In this document: positions 16,001-25,438 of the stretch, piece by piece | Position numbering within the stretch: position 1 is the stretch's first letter | Layout: each line of letters opens with the position of its first letter | Assembly: GCA_036845125.1 (NCBI GenBank) | Contig: DAIUEO010000007.1 | Coordinates: forward strand, 1-42,846 | Source: Candidatus Eiseniibacteriota bacterium | GTDB taxonomy: Bacteria > Eisenbacteria > RBG-16-71-46 | Direction of reading: 5' to 3' | Length of the DNA stretch: 42,846 nucleotides | The notes under the pieces: generated by a model | Told to the model about the DNA's origin: nothing | Seen by the model: only the letters and a program-made list of their open reading frames with translations | Databases searched by the model: none | Position numbers and translations under genes: made by a program

Positions 16001-17934
16001 GTGCCGAGCGTGAGCGGGGCCTGCGACTGCGCGGTGGTGGTCACCGTCGTCAGCGAAGCGAGCGATGCGTTCGAGAGGTTGGAACCCGCGTCCACGAGCC
16101 CCGGGCTCTCGCCGCCCACGCGCGTGACGTCGTTCACGGCAGCGCCGCTCGTCGCATCGGTCCGGAAGGTCAGCACCGGCACGAGACCCGGAGCCGCGCC
16201 CGGCCGCGAAGAGGTCACGGTGCCGTCCACCACGCGCACCGTGTAGTTGCCGGGAGTCCAGCCGCCGAAGCTGAAGTCGCCGGCGGCGCCGGTGGTGGCG
16301 AATGCCCGGTAGGCGCCAGTCGCGTCGTAGAGCTCGACCCGTGCGCCCGGCCGTCCCACGCCGCCCGATGCCAGGCGCGCGCGGCCGGCGCCGCCTCCGT
16401 AGTTCACGTCCTCGAACACGATGCCCGAAATCGTCGGGGCGGTGACGCTGAGGTTGGTGCGCTGGGCGCTCGTGACCGTGGTGTCGGCGTCGCTCAACGC
16501 GGTCAGCGCCGTGCCGAGTTGCGCGGCGTTGAAGTCGGTGACCGCCTGGTTCGAGACGACCGTGCCGGTCGGGGATGGCGCGGTGACCGCGACCCGGAAC
16601 CGGAACGAGGTCTGGACGCCGGGGTTGATCTGTCCGCCGGCCGCAGCGGTGGCGCCGACGCCGAGCCGGAAGAGGACGCGGTTGCCGGCGGCGTCGAAAT
16701 TGGCCTGGTCGTCACCGCCCGCGTCCGACTTGGCCCCGGCGTTCGGACCGTTGAGGACGACCAGCGAACCCGGCACGTAAGCGGTGTTGGCCGGGATCGT
16801 GTCGCGGGCCACCGTGTTCACCGACGCGTCGTTGCCGGTGTTGAGGACGCGCACGGTGTACTCGAGAACGTCACCCGGACGGGCCGGCGCGCCGTTCAGG
16901 TCGACGACCGACTTGAAGTTACCGTTGCCGATCAGCACCGGCTGGTAGAGCTCGGTCGAGAACGCCACCGCGCTCGGGTAGTAGCGGTCGTTGGTCGAGG
17001 TGAGCTGGATGGTGGCGCTGGTGGCGCCGTTGGCGAGGACGCCGTTCGCGCTCACGAGGTCGGCGTCGAAGCCGAGCTGGTTCAGGTAGTTCGGGTTCTT
17101 GGCCGTGAAGCTCGCGCCGAGCAGCGAGACCGAGCTGTTGAAGAAGTTGTCCGCCGGATTGGTGGCATCGGTGAGCACGGTGGCGTTGAGCCGGAACGCG
17201 TCACCGTTGAAGTCGCGGTCGCCTTCGTAGGCCACGACGCCGAGGCTGGTGTTGACCGCCCCCGCCGGCGGCGTGAGGAATCCGCTCACGGGGATGTTGA
17301 CCGAGGCACCGGGGTCGATCTCGGCGTAGCCGTCGAACACCGTCAGGTTGCGCGGCGGATCGGCGGCGCGACGGTAGACGACGACCAGCGACCACCCTGC
17401 GTAGTTGTTGGCGCCGGTCGTGGAGGAGACGCCGCCGACCGTGTACTGGCCGCTGCCGCCCGCCTGGACCCGCACCGTGACGTCGTCGAACGCCGAGTAG
17501 GCCTGGGCGGTGGCGTCGAGCTGGTCGGCGGTCAGCGTGACGTAGGCGGCAGCCGGGGTGGCGAAGCGGCACGTGTTGCGTGCGGCAGCGTTGCTGAAGC
17601 CGCCCCAGTAGAGTCCGGCCCACAGCACGGTCGCGCCCGCGGGCAGCGTGAGCGTGGCCTGGCTCGAATTGAGCGTGGCGATGTCCCCGTCCACGTCCAC
17701 GTACTGCATGTCCCAGTCGTTGTTGTTCTGGTTGTTTCCGTTGCCGTTGCGGGCGTTGTTGCAGTTGCCGCCGCCCGTGCAGCTCATGAGGGTGTTGCCG
17801 ACCAGCGTGATGCCGCCGTTGTCGTTGGTCGTGTAACGCGGGGTGAAGCCGCGGAAGATCTGGGCATTCGCCGGCGCCGCCGCGAGGAACACGGCGAACA
17901 CCGCGAGGACGAGCGCCAGCGGGCGGCGGATCAT
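13015..17934 (-). CDS. Giant secreted adhesin-like protein, 1639 aa
   Basis: ATG 17934-17932 (MIRRPLALVLAVFAVFLAAAPANA) overlaps the upstream stop (ATGA). Domains in order:
- an N-terminal lectin/jelly-roll-like domain
- a DUF11 domain
- an SdrD-B/Cna-B-like domain: ISGIVFEDVNYGGG…GARVELYD…GNYTVRVV
- parallel beta-helix repeats: …RGNRIANHEGPGIDA…NNTVTRSG…DNYGAGVMV…
- a terminal DUF11 domain: LRLVKSVSAATVLPGDVITYTIAYTNMGAAPL…SVTFQVQVE. Confidence 0.9.
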   Translation of the reverse strand: MIRRPLALVLAVFAVFLAAAPANAQIFRGFTPRYTTNDNGGITLVGNTLMSCTGGGNCNNARNGNGNNQNNNDWDMQYVDVDGDIATLNSSQATLTLPAGATVLWAGLYWGGFSNAAARNTCRFATPAAAYVTLTADQLDATAQAYSAFDDVTVRVQAGGSGQYTVGGVSSTTGANNYAGWSLVVVYRRAADPPRNLTVFDGYAEIDPGASVNIPVSGFLTPPAGAVNTSLGVVAYEGDRDFNGDAFRLNATVLTDATNPADNFFNSSVSLLGASFTAKNPNYLNQLGFDADLVSANGVLANGATSATIQLTSTNDRYYPSAVAFSTELYQPVLIGNGNFKSVVDLNGAPARPGDVLEYTVRVLNTGNDASVNTVARDTIPANTAYVPGSLVVLNGPNAGAKSDAGGDDQANFDAAGNRVLFRLGVGATAAAGGQINPGVQTSFRFRVAVTAPSPTGTVVSNQAVTDFNAAQLGTALTALSDADTTVTSAQRTNLSVTAPTISGIVFEDVNYGGGAGRARLASGGVGRPGARVELYDATGAYRAFATTGAAGDFSFGGWTPGNYTVRVVDGTVTSSRPGAAPGLVPVLTFRTDATSGAAVNDVTRVGGESPGLVDAGSNLSNASLASLTTVTTTAQSQAPLTLGTADLAGMDFGFNFSTVVNANDAAQGSLRQFLLNSNALGNAGLAQAGLTAGTENAIFMVTDGAAHPGLRAGLPSLLTGGVVRVTVLSALPAITGALTTVDGSLQTLNIGNTNGVTLGAGGTAGVDALAMPSVAGPEVEIRDGAGLAIGLDLQATDITIARLSAWGFGNAAGSDANAVVRIGAVAHRAFLDGCALGTPATGFTDPGAGARSGGDLVRATGGDDGIVRNGLVGFAAGSGIALTGGSDGWQVLANEILGNAIGNPTRDGLGLEASGVATVRGNRIANHEGPGIDAATSAGSNTLQNNTVTRSGLGAGSVETPGIRLGGTANTVDRCVLLDNYGAGVMVASTASTSRLTRNSMRGNGTIAGGLGGPSGQLGIDLLAAANDAARGTSPFVTLNDNADGDAGGNGLLNFPVIESAVIAAGSITLTGWARPGSEIELFVANPDPSGFGEGETWAASLTEGSGADLDATTGAYSGPINGVDQGSDNTNRFRFTIPTPGAVTSGARLTATATVALATSEFSGLVQVTGGIMVSGFGYEDLNHSMNRDGTEVGTSSALFVKLVASTSPATAQTVVAVDPVTGVWSIGFVPAGNYTLVLDDNAVATDVTATYPAGWIGTEAPAGTRSLTVVATNVVDQDFGLWHGSRIVGLAFRDDGAGGAAANDGIPQAGESGLTGIHVRIESAACAGGVCDSTLTGGGGSYTLWIEHAASGSAAAVFETNASGWISTGGGVGTTGGTYTRATDRITFTPASGNAYTGVNFGDVPPNQLVPPGMQSAAAGAAVYHPHNFVAGSAGNVTFTLTQAPLPVLPGWGAVLYRDLDCDGTVDAGEPAISGPLAVTGGQIVCLVLHHTTPAGAPDGALEQVTLSASMSYTGAAPALATLVQLDDRTTVLDAGSLRLVKSVSAATVLPGDVITYTIAYTNMGAAPLTAIEIQDMVPPYSRFQSASCGSLGTGLSACGVTVQPPVNGTGPLRWTLSGPLDPGATGSVTFQVQVE

Positions 17935-20900
17935 CGTCCACCTCCCGCGAAGCCGCCGAGAATGGATTCGTCGAAGCGCGCGCGCACGCGCAGGTAGACG
18001 CCGGCCCGCGTGTACGCCTCGTCGGGCAGGTCGCGATCGTAGTAGCCGAACCGGTTCCATCCCGCCGACATCCACGCGCCCTGCTGGATCTGGTAGCCGA
18101 GCTCGCATCCGAGCCCGTTGTCGTGGGACCCGGGGCCGAACAGCGTGCTGGCGTGGACGCCCGCGTCCCACTGCTTCGCGAAGGTGCGCGAGAGTCGGCC
18201 GTGCAGCCACTGCGCGCCCGTGCGGGTGTCGAGCCCATCGGAGCTCTCCCCCGCCAGCTTGCCCGCCCATCCCAAGGAGGCCTGGAGCGACCGGGCGAGG
18301 CGGCCGGTTGAGTTCAGGGCCACCATGTGTGCGAGGTGACGGGTGCGATGCGTGGCATCGGTTGGCTCGCGATCGATCCTCAGCTCGTAGCGGCCGAGCG
18401 CATCGAACGCCTCGCGATCCGGGTTCCGGTACGCGAAGCCGAGCTGGGTGCGCATCCGCACCGCATTGCCGCGGTCGTGGCCGCGATTGATGTCGGTGAG
18501 GGTGCGGCCGATCACGCTCCAGGCACGGTTGGCCCGGAACGCGCCCGCCATCGTCATCAAGTAGCCGTCGCTCGCGCGCGACGTGCGGAGCTCCATGCGG
18601 GTGGACACCTTGACGTTGGGGTCATCGAGGGATTCGAGGCCGCCGGTCACCGCCGTGGTCGGGCCGTTTCCGTCTGCCTCGAACGAGGTCAGCCGCTCGA
18701 AGCTGGTATTGATCCGATAGGCACCCACCCGCCACGCGTTGCGCAGACCCATCACCGCTTCGGCTTCGCGGGCGGCGAACGCGTCGGCCAGGCGGTATTC
18801 GCTGAAGACACGCGAGCTGCGGGTGATGTCGGCGTCCACGCCGAGCACGGTGGCGAGGCGCCGTTGCGCCGCGTCGAAGGCGTAGGGGCCCGTGAGCGTC
18901 GAGGCCAGCTCGTGACGGGCGTAAAGGCGGCCGCGCGTGGAGAAGCGGTACTCCCCGCCGACTGCGGCCAGCCGGCGGTCGGTATCGACCACGTCCTGCT
19001 CGAGCTCGGCGAAGCCGCTCAGCTCCGGAAACCTCGGCAACTGCGACGTGAGCTTGGCGCGCAGTGCGAGGCTCGGCGGATCCTGGACGGCTCCCGGGGT
19101 CCGCGTCGAGGACGCGCGCACGCCGAATTCGCCGCGGCTGCCGCCGCCGAGGCGGCGATCGAGCGCGATCAGCATGCCGCCGCGCAACGCACCGGCGGCT
19201 TCCGACGTGAACATGCCCTCGGAAAGCAGCTGCAGGCGCTCGTCCACGCGGCTCGTCCAGCGCATGCCGAACTCGGCGCGGCCCGGGGCGTAGCCCGAGT
19301 GCGGGTTGGAGAAACCGGTGTCGGTGTTCGCCGCCCAGAAGCGGCCCTGCGCGTCCGGCCGATCGTGCACCGCCTCGAAACGCCAGCCGCCGGCCGGAAC
19401 CCCGCCGGCCGCGGTGCGTGCGAACTCGGCTTCGAGGCGCGTGGACTCGCCCATCCGGGTCGCCGCGAACACGCTGCCGAGCCGGTAGGGGCGCGTCAGG
19501 TCGTCGTCGGCCACCACGCTGCCGCCGAGCTCGACCCGGCGCGCCACCTGGGCGCGGCCTTCGACACCGCCGACCCAGTAGGGGTCGCCTCCATCACGCG
19601 TCTCGTAGCCGATGCGGACCGACACCGGGTTGAGCTCGGCGTCGTAGCCCGGCACCGGCTGCTTGAACAGCAGCCGCCCGGTGTACGGATCGAGCTCGTA
19701 GTCCACGAACCGCGTCTGCGGGGTCGCCGACCGCACGATGCCCGGCTGGTTGCGATCCCGCACCAGGATCTCGACCTGCTCGCTGTTCTCGATGATCGGC
19801 GCGCGCGACACGGTGTAGGGACCCGAGACGCCGAGCCCGCGCAGCTCGTCCACGGTGCGCTGCGCGCGGCCGCGGCTCGCGAACGCGTCCATGCGCATGC
19901 GGCGGTTCTCGAAGTGCTGCTGGACGCCGGTGAGGCTGCGGCTGTAGGCGCCCAGGCTGCGCCCGCCGCCGGAAGGGTTGGTGACGAAGTCGCCGTAGAG
20001 CAGCGAAGCGCCCGGACGATCGAGGCGCGCATACAGGCTCCCGGTCGACTGCGCGGTGTAGCCGCGCACCGACCCGTCGCCGTAGAGCGGATAGAACGCG
20101 TCGGGCTGGATGTCGCGGAAGCGCCGCAGATCCTGCGGCCGGTCGGAGTCGTAGCCGAGCGTCAGCAGCAGATCGCCGGCCACCCGCCCGCGCGCGAACA
20201 GCGAGCCGCGCGCGCCACCGGCGAGCCGGCCATCGCTGCTTTCGGTGGCCAGGTCCTGGAACGGCTGCTCGAACCCGCTGCGCGCCCGGTACGGGGTGGA
20301 GACGCCGGTCAGGCGTTGGTTCCAGCCGACCTTCCACTCGAGCGAGCCGACCATGAACAGCGGACGCAGGTCGGGCAGGAAGTCGACCGAAGTCCGGGCG
20401 CGCAGGCCGGCGACGGTCGCCGTGATCGTCGCGGTTCCGGGCTGTGCGGGGGCGCGCAGCCGGAACTCGGCGAGGCCGCCCTCGACCACGGTCTGGACGC
20501 CGGGCGTCACCGGGTCGGCATCGTCGACCAGCAGCTCGCCGGCGCCGGCTTCGAGCGTCGCGGGCAGCCGGCCGGCGACCGGCACGCCGTTCTCGTCGAG
20601 CGCGCGCACGCGCACCGTGGTGATGCTGCGCCCGTCGGCGGCGAACACGGCGGGGGCGTCGATCTCCACGCGCGCCAGGCGGTCGGGCACGATCAGCGTG
20701 ATGGACCCGCGCGTGCCTTCGCTGCCGTCCGCGGTGCGCTCGACCAGCTCGAGCGTGTTCACGCCCGGCCGCAGACGAACGCCGATGTAGTCCCAGGTCT
20801 GGAGCCCGGCCGCGGCATTGAGCCGGCGCATGCCGACCCGGGAGAGCGACACCAGCTCGCTGTTGACCCGGAGCTCGAGGACGCAGGCACTGTTTCCGGC

Positions 20901-22658
20901 GACCCGCAGCGTCGCCTGGTCGGTGGTGAGCGTGTCGCCGTCCTTCCGGCCGACGAAGCCGAACCACTGCCAGGTGTCGGGCGGAGCGGTTCCGTCCTCG
21001 GCGCCCGCCGGAGGCGGCTGCACGTACGGCGGAATCACACCCGCGTATCCGCCCGGACCGGGGGCCGCCAGCGTGGGACCGGAGGGCCCTGGCGATGACG
21101 GTCGCGACGGAGCGTCGGCCTCACCCCACTGCGCGGACGTCGGCCGCGAGCGCGGATCGCCCGGCAGCGTGCCGGTTTCTTCCGCGTTCAGCGGGCGCCT
21201 CACGACGGCCCCGAGCGGTCCGTCGCGGGCGATCATCTCGCGGCGCTCCTGGGGCGCGACGCGCGTGACCGAGTCGGCGGCGATCGCGAAGTCGGCCCGC
21301 TGGAAATCGCCGCGCTGGAGATCCACGAACCGGAAGCCCGGCGTTCCGGCATCCCGGTGGTCGAGCGAAATCAGCTTCGCGCCGTCCGGCAGCGAGGTCG
21401 GATCGACCCGGAGCCCGTGCGTGCGCGGGGTGAGGCCGTAGAGGCTGTACTGGCCGAATCCGTCAGTGATCGCGAACGTGCCGTCGTCGAGCACGATCCG
21501 CACGCCGGCCAGTCCCGCGTCGCCGGCGCCGCGCCGGCCGTCGGAGTCGAGGTCCACGAACACCGTGCCGAGCAGGCCCGCCTCGTCGGCGAAGATCCGG
21601 TCCAGGATCACGACGGACGCCGTCGCGACGTTGGACTGGGCGATGAGCGCCACGGCGCTCGCCCGCGAGATGGCTTCGCCGGGCTCGGCGCCTGGGCCGA
21701 CGCGAACGCGGTAGCGCAGCGTCACGATCTGCGCGGGCGCGAGCGCGCCGATGTCGAACGCGAGCGTCGGTCCGGCACCGCCCGCGGGATCGGGCAGGAC
21801 GAGCGAATCGCCGCGCGTCGTGCCGGTCAGGTAGGCGAACCCGGGCGGCAGGGAGACGCTCGCGAGCGTCGGCCCGATCAAAAGGCTCGAGGTGTTGGTC
21901 ACGCGCGCCGTGAAGTCCAGCGCATCGCCGATCTCCGCGGTGTTCCGCGATGGCACCAGCTCGATCCGCAGTGCCGCCGGTCCGTCGGGGTCGGTGCTCG
22001 CGGTGTCCACGACCATCGCCGGCACGGCCTGGCCGACGGTGGTGGCGGACAGCCGGAACCGGGCCACCGAGCCGGCCGGCGCCGAGAGATCCACGTCGAA
22101 GCCGATCAGGACGCGCACCGTGCCGTCGAGCGGCAGGTGCACGACTCCGCCGGGGGTGATCGTGCTGTCGCCCGGACTCGGGAGACCGTCGGTGTCGTCG
22201 TCGCGCACGAGCGCGAACCCGGAGAGATCGAATCCGTCACCGGGTTCGTTCGCGACGTCGAGGCGCACGTCGACCGGGACGTTGCTCGCGTTGGTGAGCC
22301 GGTGCAGGAACACACCCCTCAGGCCGCGGCCGAAGCGCGCGCCCTGCGGTGCGTCCCACGCGATCGACTCCAGCGCGTCGACCCGGGCGCGGACGGTGTT
22401 CGAGGTCACGGTGATCGGAACCGCCAGCGTGTCGAGACCGTCGGCGGTCGCGGTGTTGTCTACGAACGACCCGGGCGCGGGCCCGGCGGTGGGCGCCGGG
22501 TTCCGGCCGGAACCCGCCGACTGGGAATTTGCGCGCGCGCGCGTATAAGTAAGCGACACCCCGGCGAGCACACACAGGAACACCACGGCACACCAGGTGC
22601 GTGTGCGTGGCGTTCGCTTGCGCGGCTTCTGCTGTTTCCCGTCCGGAGATGTCGTCAT
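17931..22658 (-). CDS. 1575-aa outer-membrane protein: N-terminal DUF11/Cna-B/Big_1-like domains plus a very large predicted C-terminal beta-barrel
   Basis: The start is ATG 22658 (MTTSPDGKQQKPRKRTPRTRTWCAVVFLCVLAGVSLTYTRARA). DUF11-like repeats are followed by LLGTVFVDLDSDGRRG…GVRIVLDDG…GQYSLYGLTP, then an invasin-like Ig unit (…TATITATVAGLRARTSVDFLP). The remaining ~800 residues have alternating beta-strand-like sequence rich in Y/F/R/G and end in …AGVYLRVRARFDESIL…. Confidence 0.85.
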   Translation of the reverse strand: MTTSPDGKQQKPRKRTPRTRTWCAVVFLCVLAGVSLTYTRARANSQSAGSGRNPAPTAGPAPGSFVDNTATADGLDTLAVPITVTSNTVRARVDALESIAWDAPQGARFGRGLRGVFLHRLTNASNVPVDVRLDVANEPGDGFDLSGFALVRDDDTDGLPSPGDSTITPGGVVHLPLDGTVRVLIGFDVDLSAPAGSVARFRLSATTVGQAVPAMVVDTASTDPDGPAALRIELVPSRNTAEIGDALDFTARVTNTSSLLIGPTLASVSLPPGFAYLTGTTRGDSLVLPDPAGGAGPTLAFDIGALAPAQIVTLRYRVRVGPGAEPGEAISRASAVALIAQSNVATASVVILDRIFADEAGLLGTVFVDLDSDGRRGAGDAGLAGVRIVLDDGTFAITDGFGQYSLYGLTPRTHGLRVDPTSLPDGAKLISLDHRDAGTPGFRFVDLQRGDFQRADFAIAADSVTRVAPQERREMIARDGPLGAVVRRPLNAEETGTLPGDPRSRPTSAQWGEADAPSRPSSPGPSGPTLAAPGPGGYAGVIPPYVQPPPAGAEDGTAPPDTWQWFGFVGRKDGDTLTTDQATLRVAGNSACVLELRVNSELVSLSRVGMRRLNAAAGLQTWDYIGVRLRPGVNTLELVERTADGSEGTRGSITLIVPDRLARVEIDAPAVFAADGRSITTVRVRALDENGVPVAGRLPATLEAGAGELLVDDADPVTPGVQTVVEGGLAEFRLRAPAQPGTATITATVAGLRARTSVDFLPDLRPLFMVGSLEWKVGWNQRLTGVSTPYRARSGFEQPFQDLATESSDGRLAGGARGSLFARGRVAGDLLLTLGYDSDRPQDLRRFRDIQPDAFYPLYGDGSVRGYTAQSTGSLYARLDRPGASLLYGDFVTNPSGGGRSLGAYSRSLTGVQQHFENRRMRMDAFASRGRAQRTVDELRGLGVSGPYTVSRAPIIENSEQVEILVRDRNQPGIVRSATPQTRFVDYELDPYTGRLLFKQPVPGYDAELNPVSVRIGYETRDGGDPYWVGGVEGRAQVARRVELGGSVVADDDLTRPYRLGSVFAATRMGESTRLEAEFARTAAGGVPAGGWRFEAVHDRPDAQGRFWAANTDTGFSNPHSGYAPGRAEFGMRWTSRVDERLQLLSEGMFTSEAAGALRGGMLIALDRRLGGGSRGEFGVRASSTRTPGAVQDPPSLALRAKLTSQLPRFPELSGFAELEQDVVDTDRRLAAVGGEYRFSTRGRLYARHELASTLTGPYAFDAAQRRLATVLGVDADITRSSRVFSEYRLADAFAAREAEAVMGLRNAWRVGAYRINTSFERLTSFEADGNGPTTAVTGGLESLDDPNVKVSTRMELRTSRASDGYLMTMAGAFRANRAWSVIGRTLTDINRGHDRGNAVRMRTQLGFAYRNPDREAFDALGRYELRIDREPTDATHRTRHLAHMVALNSTGRLARSLQASLGWAGKLAGESSDGLDTRTGAQWLHGRLSRTFAKQWDAGVHASTLFGPGSHDNGLGCELGYQIQQGAWMSAGWNRFGYYDRDLPDEAYTRAGVYLRVRARFDESILGGFAGGGR

Positions 22659-22743
22659 GAAGCCGATCCCCGCCGCTCCCCCGGGCGTCGCCTGGCGGCG
22701 ACGCCCGTGCGGGAACGGTCGGATGGGGCTGTGGGATGTCGTG

Positions 22744-25344
22744 CTACGGATCGATCCGGACGCCGAACGTGATCGTCGCCGAGGCTCCCGGCGCGAGCAC
22801 CCCGACCGTGGCGGTGATGGTTCCGGTGGCTCCGTTGGCCGGGGCCACGATGAGTCCCTGGGTGGTCGCCGCCGGCACCGTCGCCGAGTACGTCGTGTTG
22901 GCGGGCGTGGCGTCACTCAGGACCACGTTCGACACCGACGCGGTGCCGACGTTGGTCACGACGATCTCGTAGCGGATGCACGCTCCGGGGAGCGCCCCGG
23001 TCGTGATGTCCGTGATCGCGAAGGCGCCGTCGGGAAGACCGTCGCATCCGGCGTCGATCACGTGACTCTTCACCACCTGGAGCTGGCCGTTCAGCACCGT
23101 GGTCAGGTCGGTGGCGTTGACCACCGCCGGGACCGGCGAGACATAGGTGACGTTGGTCGTGGGCGCGGACAGCGTGGTCAGGTTGGTCGCCACGAGCGGA
23201 GCGCCGGCCGGCGAGAAGGCGCGCACGAACAGTCGCACGCTGGCGCCCGGCGCGAGCCCGCCGATCGAACCCAGATCGGCGATCAAAGCGTCGCCGCCGT
23301 CGAGCGAGCCGTTGTTGTTGGTGTCCACGTAGAGCGCCGAGTTCCACGAGGCGCCGCTGTTGCCCATGGTCAGCGAGACCACGCTCGCCACCCCGTCGCC
23401 TTCCGCCACGTTGCCGGAGTTCGACAGGATGTGCGTGTAGACGGTCGAGCCGCCCGGCGTCACCTGCCCGCTGTTGTTGGGCACCAGCGTCAGGCTGCGG
23501 GTGGCGTTCACCGTCACGGCATCGTGGATGGGGTCCTGGGCGAACGACACCGGTGAACGCGAGCGGAAGAAGATGCTCGTCGTGCCCGCCGCGTTGCCGG
23601 CCGGCACCGTGACGTCGGCGTACACCAGCATGTTGGCCGCGGAGGCGATGTTGCCGGTGCTCGTGATCGGCGTGTTGGCCCCGTCGCGGAAGGTCACCGA
23701 CCAGCCGGCAGGCAGCGTGAACGCCCCGAACGTATTGTCGGTGCTGGCCTGCAGGTCGAAGTTGTCCGCGACGGCGCTGTTGTTGTTGACGTACAGCGTG
23801 AACCGGGCGGTCGCTCCCGGATTGGTGGCGACGGTGACGACGGCGAAGGCTTCCGGGCCGGGTCCATTGCCGGGGCCGCCCGGGGTGGTGTTCGTGAGGT
23901 CCACGGCACTGGGAATGATGTTGGTCAGGTTGTCGAACGCCGTGGCATTGATGGCCGGATTGACGACCGAGGTCGCGATCTTCTGGACCATGTACGGTCC
24001 GCCGGTCGCGGTCGGCGCGAGGGTGACGCGCAGCACGACGTTGTACCCGACCCCGGGAGCGAGCGGACCCGTGTCGGGGGTGCCGTTGGCGTTGGTGTCG
24101 GTGAGCGGCGTGACGCCGTCGCTCTGGTAGAGCGCGTAACCGGTGCCGCCCGGGAACGTCGAGAACCCGAACGTGATGTCGAAGCGGTCGGTGCCATTGC
24201 CGGTGTTGGTCACCATGTTCGAGAACGACACCGTCGCGCCCTGGGGCGCGGACGCGATCGACTGGCCGCTGAAGTTGAGCGAGACCGTCTGATCGACCGT
24301 GAACGGCGCGAAGTTGGTCGCGAACGGACCGACGTTGGCGGCGCCGTCGTTGTACGAGTAGCTGGCGTTGTTGTTGATCGTCTGCGGCCCGAGGCCGGGG
24401 CTGACGTTGACCTGGAACGTCACCGTGCCGTTCGAGCCCGGGGTCACCTGAGCGATGGTGGCCGTCATGGTCCCGCCGGCGGTGGCGCCGAAGTCGTAGA
24501 AGATCTGATTGGGTGCCACGCCCTGGCCGTCCGCTGCGCTCGCATCGGTCAGCACGGTGGCGCCGGTCACGCTCCACCTTCCGCTGCCCGCCACGTAGGT
24601 CATGCCGGGGGGAAGCACGTCGGTGAGGAGCACGTTGGTCGCGGTGCTGTTGCCCGTGTTCGTGTAGGACAGGGTGTAGGTGTAGGGACCGCTCGGCGAG
24701 GCGCCGTTCGGCTGGTTGATCCCCTTCGTGACGCTCACCACCGCGTTCCCCGTCACGGTGACGACGTCGAGGTTCGCGCCGGTCTGGCCGGCATCGAAGG
24801 TGCTCAGCGCGCTGATCTGCATGCGGCCGATCTGACCGCCGATCTGCGTGCCCGGAACGCTTCCCACCACGACGAAGCGGAAGTCCGCGCCTGCCGCGAG
24901 AGCGCCGGTGGTGTTGAGCGCGACGAAGTTGTCGGGAACCCCGTCGCCGTTGAAGTCGGCGTAGATCGCGAGCCCGGTCAGGTCGAAATCGTCCGCCACC
25001 TGGTTGGCCAGCGTCAGCGGGAAGGTGTCGGTGCCGTTGCCCGTGTTGGAGAGAGTGTGGGGGAACGTCACCTGGCCGCCGGGCGCCGTGGTGGCGTTGC
25101 CGTTCGCGGTCAGCGAGAAGCTCGCCACCTGCTGGACGATCGTGTTGACGACGTTCGACGTCGCGGTGCGCGGTGTTGCGGTCGCGTCCAGGTACTGGGC
25201 CGAGGCCTGGTTACCGATGGTCGTGCCGGCGGGCGGCGCGGCCGCGGCCGGAGCCGCGACCATCGCAACGCCGAGCGCGAAACACGCCGCCGACACCGCC
25301 GCGAGCGCGACGGCGCGCGCGCGTTCGAATGAAGAGGACTTCAT
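22744..25344 (-). CDS. DUF11 (conserved repeat domain) multi-repeat surface protein, 866 aa
   Basis: ATG 25344 is preceded by GGGAG. Signal peptide MKSSSFERARAVALAAVSAACFALGVAMVAAPAAA. The protein has tandem units of about 110 aa with N-T-G-N motifs (HTLSNTGNGTDTF, LSYTNTGNSTATNVLLTDVLPPGMTYVAGSG, MVTNTGNGTDRF, IVVTNVGTASVSNVVLSDATPANTTY). Confidence 0.9.
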   Translation of the reverse strand: MKSSSFERARAVALAAVSAACFALGVAMVAAPAAAAPPAGTTIGNQASAQYLDATATPRTATSNVVNTIVQQVASFSLTANGNATTAPGGQVTFPHTLSNTGNGTDTFPLTLANQVADDFDLTGLAIYADFNGDGVPDNFVALNTTGALAAGADFRFVVVGSVPGTQIGGQIGRMQISALSTFDAGQTGANLDVVTVTGNAVVSVTKGINQPNGASPSGPYTYTLSYTNTGNSTATNVLLTDVLPPGMTYVAGSGRWSVTGATVLTDASAADGQGVAPNQIFYDFGATAGGTMTATIAQVTPGSNGTVTFQVNVSPGLGPQTINNNASYSYNDGAANVGPFATNFAPFTVDQTVSLNFSGQSIASAPQGATVSFSNMVTNTGNGTDRFDITFGFSTFPGGTGYALYQSDGVTPLTDTNANGTPDTGPLAPGVGYNVVLRVTLAPTATGGPYMVQKIATSVVNPAINATAFDNLTNIIPSAVDLTNTTPGGPGNGPGPEAFAVVTVATNPGATARFTLYVNNNSAVADNFDLQASTDNTFGAFTLPAGWSVTFRDGANTPITSTGNIASAANMLVYADVTVPAGNAAGTTSIFFRSRSPVSFAQDPIHDAVTVNATRSLTLVPNNSGQVTPGGSTVYTHILSNSGNVAEGDGVASVVSLTMGNSGASWNSALYVDTNNNGSLDGGDALIADLGSIGGLAPGASVRLFVRAFSPAGAPLVATNLTTLSAPTTNVTYVSPVPAVVNATDLTTVLNGQLQVVKSHVIDAGCDGLPDGAFAITDITTGALPGACIRYEIVVTNVGTASVSNVVLSDATPANTTYSATVPAATTQGLIVAPANGATGTITATVGVLAPGASATITFGVRIDP

Positions 25345-25438
25345 GGGGACACTCCCTGTGTGTGCTACGGGGTTCACGGGCGTCCGTGCCGGGCGGGGGT
25401 GGGCACTGACGAGCTTGATCAAGGAAGACGTCACGGGA

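Noticed and set aside
15151-21098. 948-aa (15151..17997) and 923-aa (18327..21098) plus-strand ORFs
   Set aside because: They are antisense to the giant adhesin and barrel genes, which have signal peptides, domain motifs and start/stop coupling. Their translations are low-complexity and R/G/A/E-rich.
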